This document shows positions 49,325 to 63,900 of a DNA stretch of 64,000 nucleotides, one piece after another. Numbering within the stretch: the first letter of the stretch is position 1; every line of letters starts with the position of its first letter. The stretch is from Azolla caroliniana (Eukaryota; Plantae; Polypodiophyta): positions 1,860,001 to 1,924,000 of the forward strand of contig JBHGNT010000011.1 in assembly GCA_043228905.1 (NCBI GenBank), in the 5' to 3' direction. A program made the translations under genes and the position numbers. Under the pieces are notes generated by a model that was not told the origin of the DNA, did not search any database, and saw nothing but the letters and a program-made list of their open reading frames with translations.

Positions 49325-50160
49325 AGTATAAATATTATTGTACCCGAAAAAATATTAGATATGAATTCATGTAATAGAATTAGATTTGAACAACTAAGAC
49401 CTTTGGTTTAGGGATATGATTTGAAAGGATGTGCCGATTCAATTTAGCGTTGTAACGTTACATGCTTACCTATAAAAGGGGCATGAACTTTCTTCAGAAA
49501 GCGCAGTATATTGAGAGTTATAGAGAAAAGTTTGTGTATACCTTGTCATTGTGTTCATTATTGTAATTGTATTAAGTTCTGATAAAAGAGTGAAGCGTTG
49601 TGTGAACCGTGAGCTGATCGGTGGTTTAGCTGATTTGGATTGTCTATGTGTATCTGATTCGGCTATAGCTGAATCTAGTTATATTCCTACCGGGATTGTT
49701 GTATCCGATCTGGCTAACATTATCAATTAATTTTTGTCTGACTTAATCCATCTCTCTTACCATGAACCTTTGGATCAGGGGTACTTAGGGATTGGGTATC
49801 TAATTGTGTTTTCTAGGGATTAAGAAAACAAATTTGGCAACCACGTGGTTCTACAAGAGGCAGTGAACAAGGAGGATGAATATCGTCTAGACAGATCAAT
49901 GAGGGCATGCAAATGAGAGGAGTACTGAAGAGTGATCGATGAGATCCGTCAGGATCGATCATTTTCTCAAAGCGTTCAACGGTTAGCCGAACAAACGTTT
50001 GGTTCCCACAATCATAGCAACAATGAAGGCGAGAGTAGCACGACTAACCTTGCCAACACCAACGCAACCCTACAAAAGTTAGCAGCAAGAGAAGAGGATT
50101 CGATCACGTTCTCCACATTGGAGGAGATGACTAGCAGTTTAGATTCAGACGAAGACACGT

Positions 50161-51590
50161 TGTCGTGAAGAATTCCGGGTACTAGGAGAAAAAGGAAGAG
50201 GACGTGCGGGAACGGGGGTGTGCGCATATGCACATGAATCTATCCTTATGTACAAACGGATGTAAATGTAAGTAGAGTATTTAGAGTACTAGGTAGAGTA
50301 GTAAAGAGGTACTTTATGTCCCACATGTATAGAGGACAAAAGAGGTTTAGGTGGAGAGAATCGAGGGAAATCTTTGACGGAAAGCTATTGTCTTAACAAC
50401 TTGATGTAACGACTTCCCTCTCTCCTTGAGCTATAAAAGGAGGGAGAGAAGACAAAGAAAGGGATCCACGATTTTGGGGAAGGAAGTGTTGTTGGATTAA
50501 ACTCTACAGGCTTTCTTCCTATTCTCTGTTTCCGGTTTCATGTAGTCATTGTGCGAGGTCTCCGTTTTGCGCTGATAGCCCTCTGCTCCCGATCGGAGGC
50601 TCGCCAGTGTCTGCGGGTGTGTGTGGGTAGCGAGCTTGAAGCTCTTTTGCCGGCTGTGTTCGGTTGGAATATTTTTTGTTTCTCTGTTAATCATTAGTTC
50701 ATTGAGCCTCTTCGTATGTTTGGGCTTTCCCATGTTCTTGTCGAGTTTGTGCATCTGAGTGCATGAGCCCGTGAGCTCACTCCTACCATCCGACAACCGG
50801 TTCCGGAACAATATATGCTTTTGAGCCCGTGTGCTCACCATCCAGCATTTGGGGATCGATCCGGACCAGATATGCGTCCGGAAACCAATCCGACGAAGTT
50901 GTCCGGAAGGGATCCGAACAACCTTTCTTCTCTCACCAGCTCCTTGGTCCAAGACCCCGACGGTCTCGCCCGTTCCAACACAATAACTGCGGAAGTCCGC
51001 GACATCTTTGGTGAACCCGGCGTGAAGAGGGGTGGCAAAAGAGTTCGAAAATGAGGGGAAGTGAACTTGCCGAAGCAATGGTGGTGGCTGTCAACCGCTT
51101 GGTTAACAGTCGTGAGAGCACTAGTGGCCTTGACAGGGTTGTGGAAATAGTAGTTGGCACCATAGGCCGATTCAATGGGAAGGACGTCACGAACTACCTG
51201 AGACCTTCAAGGCCGAGATGCGGATGAGAGGTGTTCAGGACAATAGACAATTGTCCGCGTTTCCGCGGGTAGTTACGCCGAGCATCCACGCAGAGGTGCT
51301 TGAGATGCAGGTCAATTGCGGAAGTTGGCCCGAGTTCAAGGAATGGCTCCCCGAAAGATACGATTTCGATGACTTGCTCCAGTTATCAAAGAGGGAGTTG
51401 ATGGAGTGGGTCGACAGCCCTGGAAAGGGGAGGAACACATCGGTGCTCCTCCAGGAGTTTGAAAGATGATTCACGCAACTCTCGGCGCTGGACTGGACCG
51501 TGTGCGACACGAGGAACGTCCTATTGTTTATCAAGTCGGTCGACCTGCTTGACCGAGAAAAGGTAGGTCTTCTATTGGAGACGGATGAAG
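50161..51590 (+). mobile_element. Trp-primed gypsy relative: 5' LTR 50161-51004, PBS 51009-51026, gag remnant
   Basis: TGTCGTGAAGAA...CGCGACA then TCTT-TGGTGAACCCGGCGTGAA; gag FPRVVTPSIHAEVLE homologous to 28356-29051. Confidence 0.88.
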
Positions 51591-53900
51591 GGCAATCTAT
51601 GCTGATGGTTGAAGAAAACCATGCAAGTGGGTCGAGGACCATTCAATCAGATAGTCGAATGATGTACACGGAGGCGGATCGGCCCCATGGGCCTGGAGCA
51701 CGAGGTGGGTCGGCACCCAATAGCGGAAACCGGCAAGGGAAAACTAACACGGAATGCTGGTATTGTGCCAAGAAAGGCCACAAAGAGAGCCAATGTTGGA
51801 AGAAGCACGCCGATTCGAACAAATCCGGATCCGGCAATGCCGGACGGGGAAACCGGCAAAGCTTGCACTACGCGGAGGGACGGGAAGGATCCAGTTTCGG
51901 AGATGGATCGGGCTCAGACTTTGTGATGAAACACAAGGGCAATTCAATGAAGATAAGCACCTCGAAAACGAATGAGGTATGATGCATTGATTCCGGAGCA
52001 TCAAACCATATGACATGCCACGCGAAGTGGTTTTCTTATCTAGAAAAACCGGAACAACACAGGGTGGTCGAAACTGGAGACGACACCCCGTATACCATCG
52101 AGCACATCAGAGAGGTTCTCCTCACCCATATCAGGGAGAAGGGAAATCACAAAGAATCTTGTGATTGTCGGAATGTCCTACATGTCTTGATAATCACAAA
52201 GAATATTGTGTCAATCAAACAGATTGTCGACCAAGGGATGCAGGTCTGGTTCATATATCTCGGGTGCTTCATTGAAGAAGAGGGCAAAGTCATTGTGCAA
52301 GGACGCCAAGACGGGAGGATGTTTATCCTCGAGACAAATGATGTTGACACCGCTATGTTCGCAAAAGGATAGAAGGTCGAATTGACCTGTGGCACAAGCG
52401 GATCGGCTACATCAATTTTCGGAAGCTTCACGAGTTGTAGTCGAAACACGTGGTTTCCGGGATGCCAAAGTTCAGTGGCCGGAAAGGCCAAATCTATGAA
52501 GCGTGCTAGTTTGAGAAGCAACATAGGCTCTGTTCCCCAATGAGAAGAATTGGAGCTGGAATCGGCTTGATCTCATCCATTCGGATGTCTGGGGACCAAC
52601 ACAAAACGTGAGCATCGGTGGGAGTCGGTATTTCGTCTCCATCATTGACGATTTCACCTGGCACACTTGGATCTATCTAATTGAGAAGAAAAGCGAATTC
52701 TTCTCGTGTTTCCGGGATTTGAAGAGCCTTGTCGAACGCGAGACTCGAAGAAAGATCAAGGGTTTGAGATCGGATGGCGGAAAATAGTACTTTTCCAGCC
52801 AGTTCACGAGCTATGTGTAGACGAAAGGAATCCGATGGGAATTATCCTATAGATACATGCCAGAGCAGAACGGTGTGGCCGAGCATCGGAATAGGACGCT
52901 AGTAGAAGCGGTAAGGGTGATGCTTGAGGAGAAAAGTACACCTAAATTTTATTGGGCCGAAGCGATTGGGACAACTGTTTACATCCAGAATCGGATATCT
53001 GCCTCAGGGACAAAGGTGTCGCCGCACGAATTGTATTTCGAGTGGAAGCCGAATTTGGCACACCTTCGGGTGTTCGGTAGCGTTGCATATGTGCATATGG
53101 CGAGTAGTGACGACTCGGCCCATGCTCTCCCCGCGCAAGGAACCTAGGAGATGGTTCACGCACAAAGAAAAAGGGAAGAAGAAGATGCCGGAGTACGACA
53201 CTGGCTGAGCGGAATCAGATTGGATCGAATCCAACTTCGACATAACCGAAAAGGAACCTCCTAGGTAGGGGTTGAAATTGGCCAAGAAGGCCACGAAATC
53301 GGCGAATAAGGAATTGCGCCGATCTACCCGCCAGAAAAACCCCGGGAAGAGGTACGAGTGTAATGAGTATATTGTTGGGAAACAGGTCCCTCCGGATGGG
53401 AAGGGAGAAGATCAGTGCCGATGAACAAACTCGGCTGAGGCCTATCGGCCTCGGCCGAAGACCGTATGAGGTGGACCCGGCCACGGAGAGCCGGATGATG
53501 CAGACCCGATGAAGACTGGATGAGGAGTACCCGGCTACGGAGAGCCAGATGGTGCAGGCCCGGTATGAACCAGATGAGGAGTACCCGGCTACGGAGAGCC
53601 GGATGGTGCAGGCCCGATATGAACCGGATGAGGAGTACCCGGCTACGGAGAGCCGGATGGTGCAGGCCCGGTATGAACCAGATGAGGAGTACCCGGCTAC
53701 GGAGAGCCGGATGGTGCAGGCCCGGTATGAACCAGAGGAAGAGACATATTCGTAAATATGTTTCTGAGAGCCCATCGAGGCTATATTTGTAAATAGCCGA
53801 AAAGTCATATTAGTATAAATATGACTTAGGGCAAACTTTTAGTAACTGTTGATGTTGTCATTTTCTTGTTGGTGCAAGAAGTGAGAGCACGTAATAGTGT

Positions 53901-53962
<62 letters not shown>

Positions 53963-55684
53963 GTCGTTGCCTCTGTTGTAACCGCCGCCTGTGGCGAAGA
54001 GCGTGAGTCCGAGGTCGTTGCCTCCGAGAACTCACTGTTTTGTACATTCATACATAGTGACAGTTTGCAGCCTGTGGGCTGCCGTGGTTTTTCCCCTAGT
54101 TTGGGGTTTTCCACGTAAACCTCCTGTGTAGTGTGTGTGTATCTTCCTCTCCTTTTGTATCGTGTTTTATTTCCCGTTTTTCTGTGTATGAAAAGAATCT
54201 CGGTTGTGGCCGAGCATTGGACATAAGGAACGTCCAGTTCCCGTCATATATGGCGCATCATTATGCGTACATGACGAAGGCCAAAGGCTACGCGCAACAA
54301 CACGACATTGATTACGATGAAGTGTTCACGTTGGTCACGAAGATGACGACAATCTGTGTTTTGCTTGCAATGCTAGCAGCGGCGGGGTGGCACTTGCATC
54401 AGATGGATGCAAAGAATGCGTTCCTGCAAGGTGATCTTTAGGAGCAGGTATATATGGTTCAGCCCCCCGAATTTCAATACGGAGTAAACACATCGGTTGA
54501 GGACTCAAGCAAGCCCTGCGCGCTTGGAACGTGAAGATCACGTCGTATGGGGTTTGCTCTGTTGAAATCAGACTCTTGTCTCTTCATCCGGCAAGGTCAA
54601 AACGAGCCGGTGAGCATATTGCTCTATGTGGATGATCTTGTCATTGCCGATGCCGATCTAGACGAAATCGGCCGCGTCAAATCCCGGTGACCTTCATTAC
54701 TTCCTCAGGATCGAAGTGATTCGTACCCTCAAAGGCATATTGATTAGTCAGTGTCATTATGTGCTAAGTATGCTCTTCAAATTCGGTATGACGGAATGAA
54801 AATTCTTCTTGATTCCTCTGGACCGGATTGTGAAGCTTCGCCCAAACTCCGAAACGGCATGCGACCTAAAAAGGTTCCGACAAATAGTTGGAAGCTTATA
54901 TATCTGACCATCACTCGACGAGACCTCAGTTATCCGGTCAGACTAATTAGTCAATTCATGGTGCATCCGACTATGGAGCACCTTCAGTGCGCACACCGAA
55001 TATTCAGGTATGTTAGCGGCACTAAGGACAATGGGTTGTTGTATCAGACTAGTGTAGCTGGACAACTTGTCGGCTACATGGATGCCGATTGGGCTGGAAA
55101 TGCCGGCAACCATAGGTCTACATCCGGATATGCGGTCACCTGGAGCAATAAGAAGCAGCCAACAGTTGCACTGTTCAACACTGAGGCCAAGTACCAAGGA
55201 GCAGTTGTCGCGACATGCGAAGGCATATGGCTCAAGAGGCTCCTAAAGGAGGTATCCAATCCGACAGTGATCTATTGCGATAACCTCAGCAACATCTATG
55301 GCTAAGAACCCCGTCTTTCACACCCGGACTAAGCACATCGAGATGCACTATCATTTTGTCCGCGAGCGCGTTGTCTCCGGTGAAGTGGAACTGGTGTATG
55401 TTCCGATGGATCGGCAGGTAGTCGATATCTTCACCAAACCCCTCGGCTTAGACAAGTTGCGGCAATTTTCCGGTGCACTGGGTGTGGAGTATGTCGATGC
55501 CGAACTTGAGGGGGGGGACTGAAAGAAGGAATGAGAAAGACGATCGAAAAGACGAGTCAGAAACCAATTTTCATTTCGGCCCGACTAAAGAAATCAAAGT
55601 GCACGGGACGACTGAAGAAGCCGAGACCAAACATAGGGGGAGCCACCGGAACGGAGAGCCCAAGCTAAATCCAACCGAAAAAGG
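51591..55684 (+). mobile_element. Degenerate copia B-like internal region (gag knuckle, PR, IN, RT, RH)
   Basis: [55 protein letters not shown]; many stops. Confidence 0.88.
53373..54246 (+). mobile_element. Solo LTR of copia family A with 54-bp U3 tandem repeats, TSD TATAT
   Basis: tgttgggaaacaggtccc...ccgtca with tatat on both sides; about 5 units of 54 bp at 53470-53740. Confidence 0.92.
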
Positions 55685-58600
55685 TGTTGGGAAACATGTC
55701 CCTCTGGATGGGAAGACAAGTACCGGGTTGGGAAACCAAAATCAAAATCGAAAACCGAAATTGAAAACCGAAATTATTTCGGAGGACTATAATTGTAAAT
55801 AGTCTAAAATGCCCCTTGTGGGCTATACTTGTAAATAGCCAGAAAGTTGCTTTTGTTTATAAGCAACTAGGGAAAACTTTAGTAAGGTGTAGTTGATCAT
55901 TATTGAAAAGTTAGAACGAGGTAGTTGCCTCTGTAACCATGAGTGAGAGAGTGAGAGTGTAACTTTGTAGCCGTCTATCAGACGAAGGAGAACTCGAGGT
56001 CGTTGCCTCCAAGTTCCATATCTGTACTTCCTCTCTACTATAGCGATCTGTTTTCTTGAGGATTGTGGACCCCCACGGTTTTTTCCCATTTCGGGTTTTC
56101 CACGTAAAATATCGGTGACTCTCATGGTTGTTTACGTACCCGTATTTAACGTTTAAATACGTATAGTACTATACGTATTTAACGTTTAAATACGTATTTA
56201 TAAAGAAAATGTAAGTAGAACCCTAACAAAAAGCCAAAGAAAAAAAAGATTTTAGTAAAAAAGAAGCCAAAGGAAGGAAGAAAGAAGAATAGAAGAGACG
56301 ACGAGGAAGAAGAAGAAGAGAGAGAGAAAAGAAGACATAAAGCTGTCTTGAGTGTGATAATTGCAGAAGATAGAAGAAGAAGAAGAAAACGAAGAAAAGA
56401 GAAACCTATCATGAGTGTGATAATACTAGACAATACCTCAATCTATGAAGGCATAATTGTAAATAATGACAATTTGAAGTAGAACATCGTGATACACACT
56501 TACACTGATTTATAGAATAAGGGAATGTCGAAATCCATATTACTACAAGTATTTTAGGATGTGAAATGTTCAAATGTCTTATATGCATTTTAGGATGTAG
56601 AACTATATTGTACATCACAAAATTGTGTAAACATAGATGTCTTTTACAATATTATAGACATTTTTTAGAAAGGTAAATAATTTTCAAATTCTAGCAGTAT
56701 TTAACGTACTATACGTAAAATACGTAAAATACGTATTTTATAAGTATTTAACATATTAAGAAAACGTATTTAACTTATTTTTAAATTGGGAGGTACTATA
56801 TGGGTATTAATACGTTAAATACGTATGGTATTCGTACCGTACCTAACAACCTTGGTGACTCTGTGTCTTCACGTTTTTGTATGTGTACTAGTTCTTGGCT
56901 TCTGCACACGAACACGAACGTGTAACCGGTTGTGGTCGGTTGATTCCGAACAAAGTGGTATTAGAACGATGGAAGACTCGTTCGACAACATGTTTAAGCT
57001 AACCGACTCCAACGACTCAATGTGGAAGTTGAAGATGGGAGACATGCTCGTGTGCAAAGACCTCTGGCTGCTAGTGCAGTTCAGAGATAAAAGACCAGAC
57101 AAGATCGATGCAACGACTGGGGAAGTGGTGCATCTGAAGGCGGCCGCATATATAAGATGTTTTATAAACATGAGTCTATACAACAACTTCGGCGAAGAAA
57201 TAGAAGCAGACATCCTATGGAAGAAGATCGACGTCATGTTTGAAAACAAGAACGCTGTGAACTGAGTCTCAGTATTTCAAAAAATCGTGAGGCGCCGGTA
57301 TTCAGATGTCTCCAGTATGGCAGAGCACATCAATGCCTTCCAAGGATTGATGACCCAAACCACCTCTCTAGAAGTACCTCTGGCCGACGAGGTATTAGCA
57401 TTGTTGTTGTTGGGATCCCTTTCGGACAACTGGGAGATGTTGCAACGCCGGGCTGGAAGGGAAACATCTATTCGTAGAGTAGGTGAAGTCGAGGTTGCTG
57501 AATGAAGAAGCTTGCCGGAAGGACCGTGAGTCCAATACCGACTAGAAGGCCTTAGTCATGGAAGGTGACATGATTCAGGGGAAGAGGGCGAAATCAAAGT
57601 CCCCACAATCGAGATAAGTCGGGGACCAGGTCAAAGTCGAGGGGGAGGCCCACGTGCTTCTATTGTGGGAAGCTGGGGCACTTCTAGAAAAACTGTCAGC
57701 GCTTTTGAAAGAAGAAAGGGGAAGTTGATGGTGTAGAGTTGAAGAAAATCCCAGACAAAAAGAACACCTCAGCAATCGCCGCAAGTGAGGAGGAGTTGTT
57801 GATCATTAGTGAGCAAAACGAAATGAATCTCATCGGCAAAAAATCGACATAGGTGGTCGACGTTCCGGAGGTTTGATTGAACCTAATATCAGCCGGTTGG
57901 CTAGATGATGAAGGCTACACGGGTAGCATCCGAAACGGTGTCATGAAATTGTACAAGGGAAAATCGTGGCTCGAGCCCGAAAAACCAACACAATGTATAT
58001 AATAAATGCTCGAATATGCTGAGGGGAAGCAAACGTGACAGATGACACGGTTGATGAACTATGGCACAAGAGGTTGTGCCATATGAGCTAGAAGGGGATG
58101 CGAAAGCTTGCCGAGAACAACCTCATTCCGGAGGTGAAGAACATGCAACTTGAGAAGTGCACTGATTGCTTGGCCGGCAAGCAAAATCGAACATCTTTCC
58201 GAACGAGGCCCCTAATGAGGAAGAAAATGCCGTTGGAGCTCGTGCATACGGACGTATGCTATGTGGACACGAAGTCGCATGGTGGTTCACGGTATTTTGT
58301 GACCTTCATTGATGATTGTAGCAGGAAGTTGTGGGCTTCCGTGCTAAAGACAAAGGATCAACTGTTATCTGTCTTCAAAGAGTTCCAAGCGATGACCGAG
58401 AGAGAAACCAACCGAAAATTGAAGGTAGTCCGAGCGGACAATGGTGGAGAGTACTGTGGACCGTTTGAGGAATATTGCTGAAATCAAGGAATCCGGCTCG
58501 AGTATACCATGCTGAAGATGCTAGAGCTTAATGGGCTGGTCGAGAGAATGAACTAGACCATAATGGAAAGGGTCTGAAGTATGCTTGCACAGGCTAAGTT

Positions 58601-59430
58601 ACCAAAGACGTTCTGGGCTGAGGCATTGATCACGACAACGTACGTGATAAACCGATCCCCCTCAGTAACCTTGGACGGTGATATTCCACAAAGGGTGTGG
58701 CGTGCCAAAGACATATTATACCAACATTTGAGGGTGTTCAGCTGTCTTGCTTATGTGCTTGTGGCAAAGAGCCAGAGGGGGAAGTTGGACCCGAAATCTT
58801 GGCCATGCATACTTCTCAGCTACGGCAATGATGAATTTGGCTATCAACTATGGGACTTAGCCGAGAAGAAAGTGATTAGGAGCCGCGACATTGTCTTCAT
58901 GGAGGAAAAGTCAATAGTCGACTAGGAGATTGAGAATAAGTCTCCAACTACCAAATCGAACCGAGTTGACACTCGGCCGAATCGATTGAAATCGAATACG
59001 AGCCAGTCGACTGAGTTAATACTCGGCAAAATCGAGAACTGAATGAAGAGCAAGGGGAAATGGCCGAACAAGGAACTGAATTTGAATCGGCCGAAGAAGT
59101 CGAAGAAGAACTGATGCCAAATGGAGGCCATAAATACCCCCTAAGAGAAAGGAGGCCCCCCCGAAGATTTACGGATGAAGAGCGTGTACTGCTAACCAAT
59201 GATGGGGAGCTGGAAATCTTTGAAGAAGCAAAGGAAGATACCCACAGCTGAAAGTGGTTGAGTGCCATGTAAGAGGAGATGGATTCCTTGCATGAGAACC
59301 ACACATATGATTTGACTGAACTGCCCAGAGGAGATGGCGGGAATCCACCCAGGTATAAAGCACGAATCACCGTGAAAAGCTTTCAATAGAAGAAGGGTGT
59401 CGATTTCGACGAAATATTTGCCCTGGTCAT
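55685..59430 (+). mobile_element. Copia family A-related copy A4 (degenerate): 5' LTR 55685-56952, PBS 56956-56967, gag-IN-RT start
   Basis: tgttgggaaacatgtccc start; tggtattagaac; MEDSFDNMFKL; CTDC..VHTDVC; interrupted at 59431. Confidence 0.88.
56123..56854. mobile_element. Non-autonomous hAT-type element in the A4 LTR, 8-bp TSD GTGACTCT
   Basis: TIR ca(t/a)ggttgtt; subterminal tacgta repeats; gtgactct at 56115-56122 and 56855-56862. Confidence 0.88.
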
Positions 59431-59779
59431 TGTCATAACTAGACTCGAACCCATAACCTTTTGTTACACGGGTCGAGACTTTACCATTAGGTTATGAATT
59501 GTAATTTGAAGGATATTATTTTCATTTAGGTTTTATTAGGAAATTGATGTATATTCCAGATTTCTCTGGAACATTCTAGAAACTTCAGGAGTATTCCTGA
59601 AGACACTATAAAAGGAGGCGCAAGGCATTAGTTCGAACCAAATCGGTTCAAACTGTCAGGAACTCTATTAAGGCAGAGAAGGAATTAGTACTAAAAGAAG
59701 GATTAGTACTATTGTCGGGGAATAGTACTAAGACAGAGAAGGATTAGTACTATGAGAGGTGTCGAACTTTGAGAGAAGG

Positions 59780-59780
<1 letters not shown>

Positions 59781-59826
<46 letters not shown>

Positions 59827-60974
59827 TGATGCGAAAGATATATGTATTATATGAAGGAAGATATACAACAGTGGTTAGAAGGCTTAAGACTGGTCAACGC
59901 TTGTTGGGGGATCTTCAGCAAATTTCCTTAGAAAAGCAGCAAACGCAACAACAGCATGGGGAACTTGCGTTACGCGTGCAACAACTCGAAGCAACCATCG
60001 TAGCAATGCAACAACAAGGGCACGGAGCACAAGGGATTCATAAAGAACCCAAGATTGGCCTTCCCACGAAGTTCGATGGAACGCGATCGCAGTTTAGAGG
60101 GTTTCTTAACCAGGTACGGTTAGTTATTCAAATGCATCCGTCCCGATATCCCACCGATGCATCACGAGTGGGTTTAGTAGGCACGTTGTTAAATGGCTCA
60201 GCATTAGCATGGTTCGCTCCGCTACTAGAAAAGGAATCTCCAGTACTAAATAATTTTGAAGAATTCATAAGTGAGTTTAAAGCATGTTTTGGAGATACTG
60301 ACAGCATAAGGACTGCAATCAATAAAATCCGGCGATTACGCCAAGGTGACCGTCCAGCCTCCGCATATGCTGCAGATTTCCGCCTACTCGCCGCCGATAT
60401 CCCCTGGGATGATCAAGCATTGATGGAGCAGTTCCGCTATGGTCTACGCAACGATGTCAAGGATTTACTCTTGACTTTCCCTGAAGAGCCAAAATCATTA
60501 ACAGAAGCAATCAGTCGAGCGGTCAGATGTGACAACCGCCTCTTCGAGCGACGTTCGGAACGACAATTTCAGATGCCGAGGGCAAGATCCGAGCCTACCT
60601 ATGCCTCAGTGGTAGCGAAACCTTTTCAAAGGGAGTCACATAATGCGCCTCCAGTAAGTACTCCAACTCCAATGGAAATTGACACTACACGTCGTCGTGG
60701 GCCGCTATCGGAGGAGGAAAAGCAACGACGCCGAACAAACCGATTATGCCTTTATTGCGGTGGACCAGGGCATATCGCGATAAACTGTCCCCATAGACCA
60801 AGAAGGCAGGTAAACCAAGTCGTTGTTAGTTCTGACTATACTAAACCCGAGTCTATTTCAGTAGGAATCTCTGATAGTCCTCATAGTCATAATAGTCCTA
60901 ATAGTACTAATAGTCCGAATCTCGCAAACAAATTTGATATCCTTAGCCAATTAGAAGAAGAGTTAAACGACTAA
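59781..60974 (+). CDS. gag: Chimeric gag (N-terminus from the inverted LTR, rest essentially identical to the 21600 gag)
   Basis: ORF 59769-60974, with ATGs at 59781 and about 59823. Confidence 0.8.
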
Positions 60975-63900
60975 GTCCAGCCAAAATAGGAGCCGTTTGG
61001 TTGGACAGCCCTAGATCTGTGCAGCCCATTAGTGGTTCCATTCCCTCTAAGCAAGTTAGTGATGTGTTCGTAGCCCAAGTAGCAGTTAGTACTAAAAGTA
61101 CCCCTCCAGTACATACCTTAGCCCTTCTAGATTCCGGAGCTAATTCTTGCTTCATGGATAGGAATTTTGCCCGAGCTCATCAGATATCTCTCAGAAAGCT
61201 CCCATGTCCAGCCTCAATAGTAGTCATTGATGGTCGTCCCATTGCTTCTGGTAATATCATAGAAGAGTCGGAACCCGTTAATATTGTCCTAGATAACTTA
61301 ACATGTGTAGTATCATTTAATATTATTAGTATTCCAGAACATCCCATAGTTTTAGGATTACCATGGTTCGAGTTACATAACCCAGACATAGATTGGAGGA
61401 CAAGGGAAATCCAGTTGCGACAAACCCAAGGATCTACCCAGAAGGTTGCAACCATTTCGCTACGTCAGTTGCGTGAGGAAGGGCGCAAGGAGGAAATGTT
61501 TCTCTTCGCAATATCAGTACAACCCTCCAGCACCACCAAAGAGGAGTCCACCGTTCAACTTCCCGAGAAGTATCATCAGTATGCTGATGTGTTCGATAAA
61601 GTACAAGCCAACACACTTCCTCATCATCGGCCGTACGATTGCGCCATCGACTTACAACCGGGAAAAGAGCCGCCATGGGGGCCGATCTACAATTTGTCAC
61701 CAACCGAGCTAGAAGTCCTTCGAGCCTATATAGAGGAGAATTTGGAGAACGGTTTCATTCGGCATTCGAAATCTCCAGCCGGCGCACCCATTTTCTTCGT
61801 CAAGAAAAAAGATGGCTCGCTTCGACTCGTTGTAGATTACCGTGGCTTGAATAAGGTCACAGTAAGAAATAGGTATGCTCTTCCCCTTATCTCAAGTCTT
61901 TTAGAACGGATCAACGGTGCCAGGTTCTTCACGAAGATCGACTTACGAGGAGCCTATAACCTCGTACGGATCCGACCAGGAGATGAATGGAAGACCGCGT
62001 TTCGCACCAGATATGGGCACTTCGAGTATACGGTCATGCCGTTCGGACTCACTAATGCGCCGGCAGTCTTCCAGCACATGGCGAATGATATATTTCGAGA
62101 TCTCTTGGATGATTTTTTGATCATCTATTTGGATGATCTACTGGTTTATTCAAAGACCCAAGAAGAACATGATTCTCATGTACTATTAGTACTAAAACGA
62201 CTTCGAGAACATGGTCTGTATGCAAAGTTAGAGAAATGTAGTTTCGGGTGCAACCAAGTGGAGTTTCTCGGCTATGTCATCTCCTCAGAAGGCATATCTA
62301 TGGACCCAGCCAAGGTCAAAACGGTGATAGAATGGCACACTCCGCGTTCGGTGCGGGATGTGCAATGCTTCCTAGGCTTTGCAAATTTTTACCGGAAGTT
62401 CATACAAAATTACTCAAAAATTGTGCTGCCTCTCACACAGCTCACCAGGAAGGGACAATCATTCATCTGGTCTAAAGAGACGGACATGGCTTTCGAGAGT
62501 CTTAAGAAGGCGTTTACATCAGCTCCAATTTTAGGTCATGTGGATCCGGAAAAACCATTCATTATCGAAGCTGACGCATCGGATTTCGCATTGGGGAGCA
62601 TTCTGTCACAACAAGGTAACGACGAGAAGCTACATCCTGTGGCTTTCCACTCCCGTAAGTTTGACGCCGCCGAAATCAACTACAAAATTCATGATAAAGA
62701 GCTATTAGCAATAGTTGATTCTTTTATGCAATGGAGGCATTTCCTGGAGGGATCTCCTCATCAGGTCACTGTATTCAGTGACCACAAGAACCTTGCCTAC
62801 TTTCAAGATGCTCGTGTACTGAATCGACGTCAAGCTCGGTGGGCCCACTTCCTCACACGCTTCGACTTCAAAATTACATATCGTCCGGGGAAGCACCAAG
62901 GGAAGGCAGATGCATTATCACGGCGTTCGTATCTAACACCACGTCCCGGTGAGCCAGCTTTCGATAACCAGAAGCAAGTAATCTTGGGTCCAGCACGACT
63001 GCAAGCAGCACAGGTCTTTGACATGCCCGTGGATTCCGACATTACCAATACTATACGTGAGGACTTGAAGACTGACGCTTTCGCCCAAGCTATACTAGCA
63101 CAAATTGACCCCTCTCGAGCGTCATGTTCACAATCACAATCACCAGGTACGGATTATCGGCAATTCAAATACTGTGATGGATTACTCTTCTTTAAAGAAC
63201 TTTTGTATGTTCCTAATGGTTCTTGCCGCCTTCGAGTAGTACAAAACTGCCATGACACATATACAGCAGGACATTTTGGTAGTACTAAAACATTAGATTT
63301 AGTACAACGATCATTCTGGTGGCCCCGTATGCGACAATTTGTCGAAGATTTTGTTCGGACTTGCGATACATGCTGCAGAGCGAAAATGCCAAGACATCAT
63401 CCATATGGTTTATTAGAACCATTACCAATTCCAAGCAAGCCATGGCAATCCATTGCTCTTGACTTCATTACAGATCTTCCAGTCTCTAAGGGATTCAGTG
63501 CGATTCTCACAGTAGTGGATCGATATACGAAGATGGCTCATTTCTTACCATGTACTAAAGAAATATCTAGTGAAGACACCGCCGAAATTGTCATGCGGGA
63601 AGTATGTCGGCATCATGGACTCCCTGATAATATCATCAGCGATCGTGGACCCCAGTTTGTGTCAAAATTCTGGAAGCACCTTTTTAAAATGCTGAAGGTC
63701 ACTTGTAACCTCTCCTCCGGCTACCACCCACAAACCGACGGTCAAGCCGAACGAACAAATCAAACACTGGAGCAGTATCTGCGGTGCTTTCTCAACTATC
63801 ATCAGAATGACTGGGCAGATATTCTTCAGTTCGCCGAATTTGCCTATAATAACGCTATCCACGCATCGACTAAAGTCACGCCATTCTACGCTTATACAGG

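Noticed and set aside
48657-50160. Another LTR element around the tRNA region
   Set aside because: LTR-like composition and a TATA box, but I could not fix termini, TSD, PBS or a coding motif.
53520-53808. Repeat proteins such as MVQARYEPDEEYPATESR x3
   Set aside because: By-product of 54-bp LTR tandem repeats (a multiple of 3); unit length varies in related LTRs.
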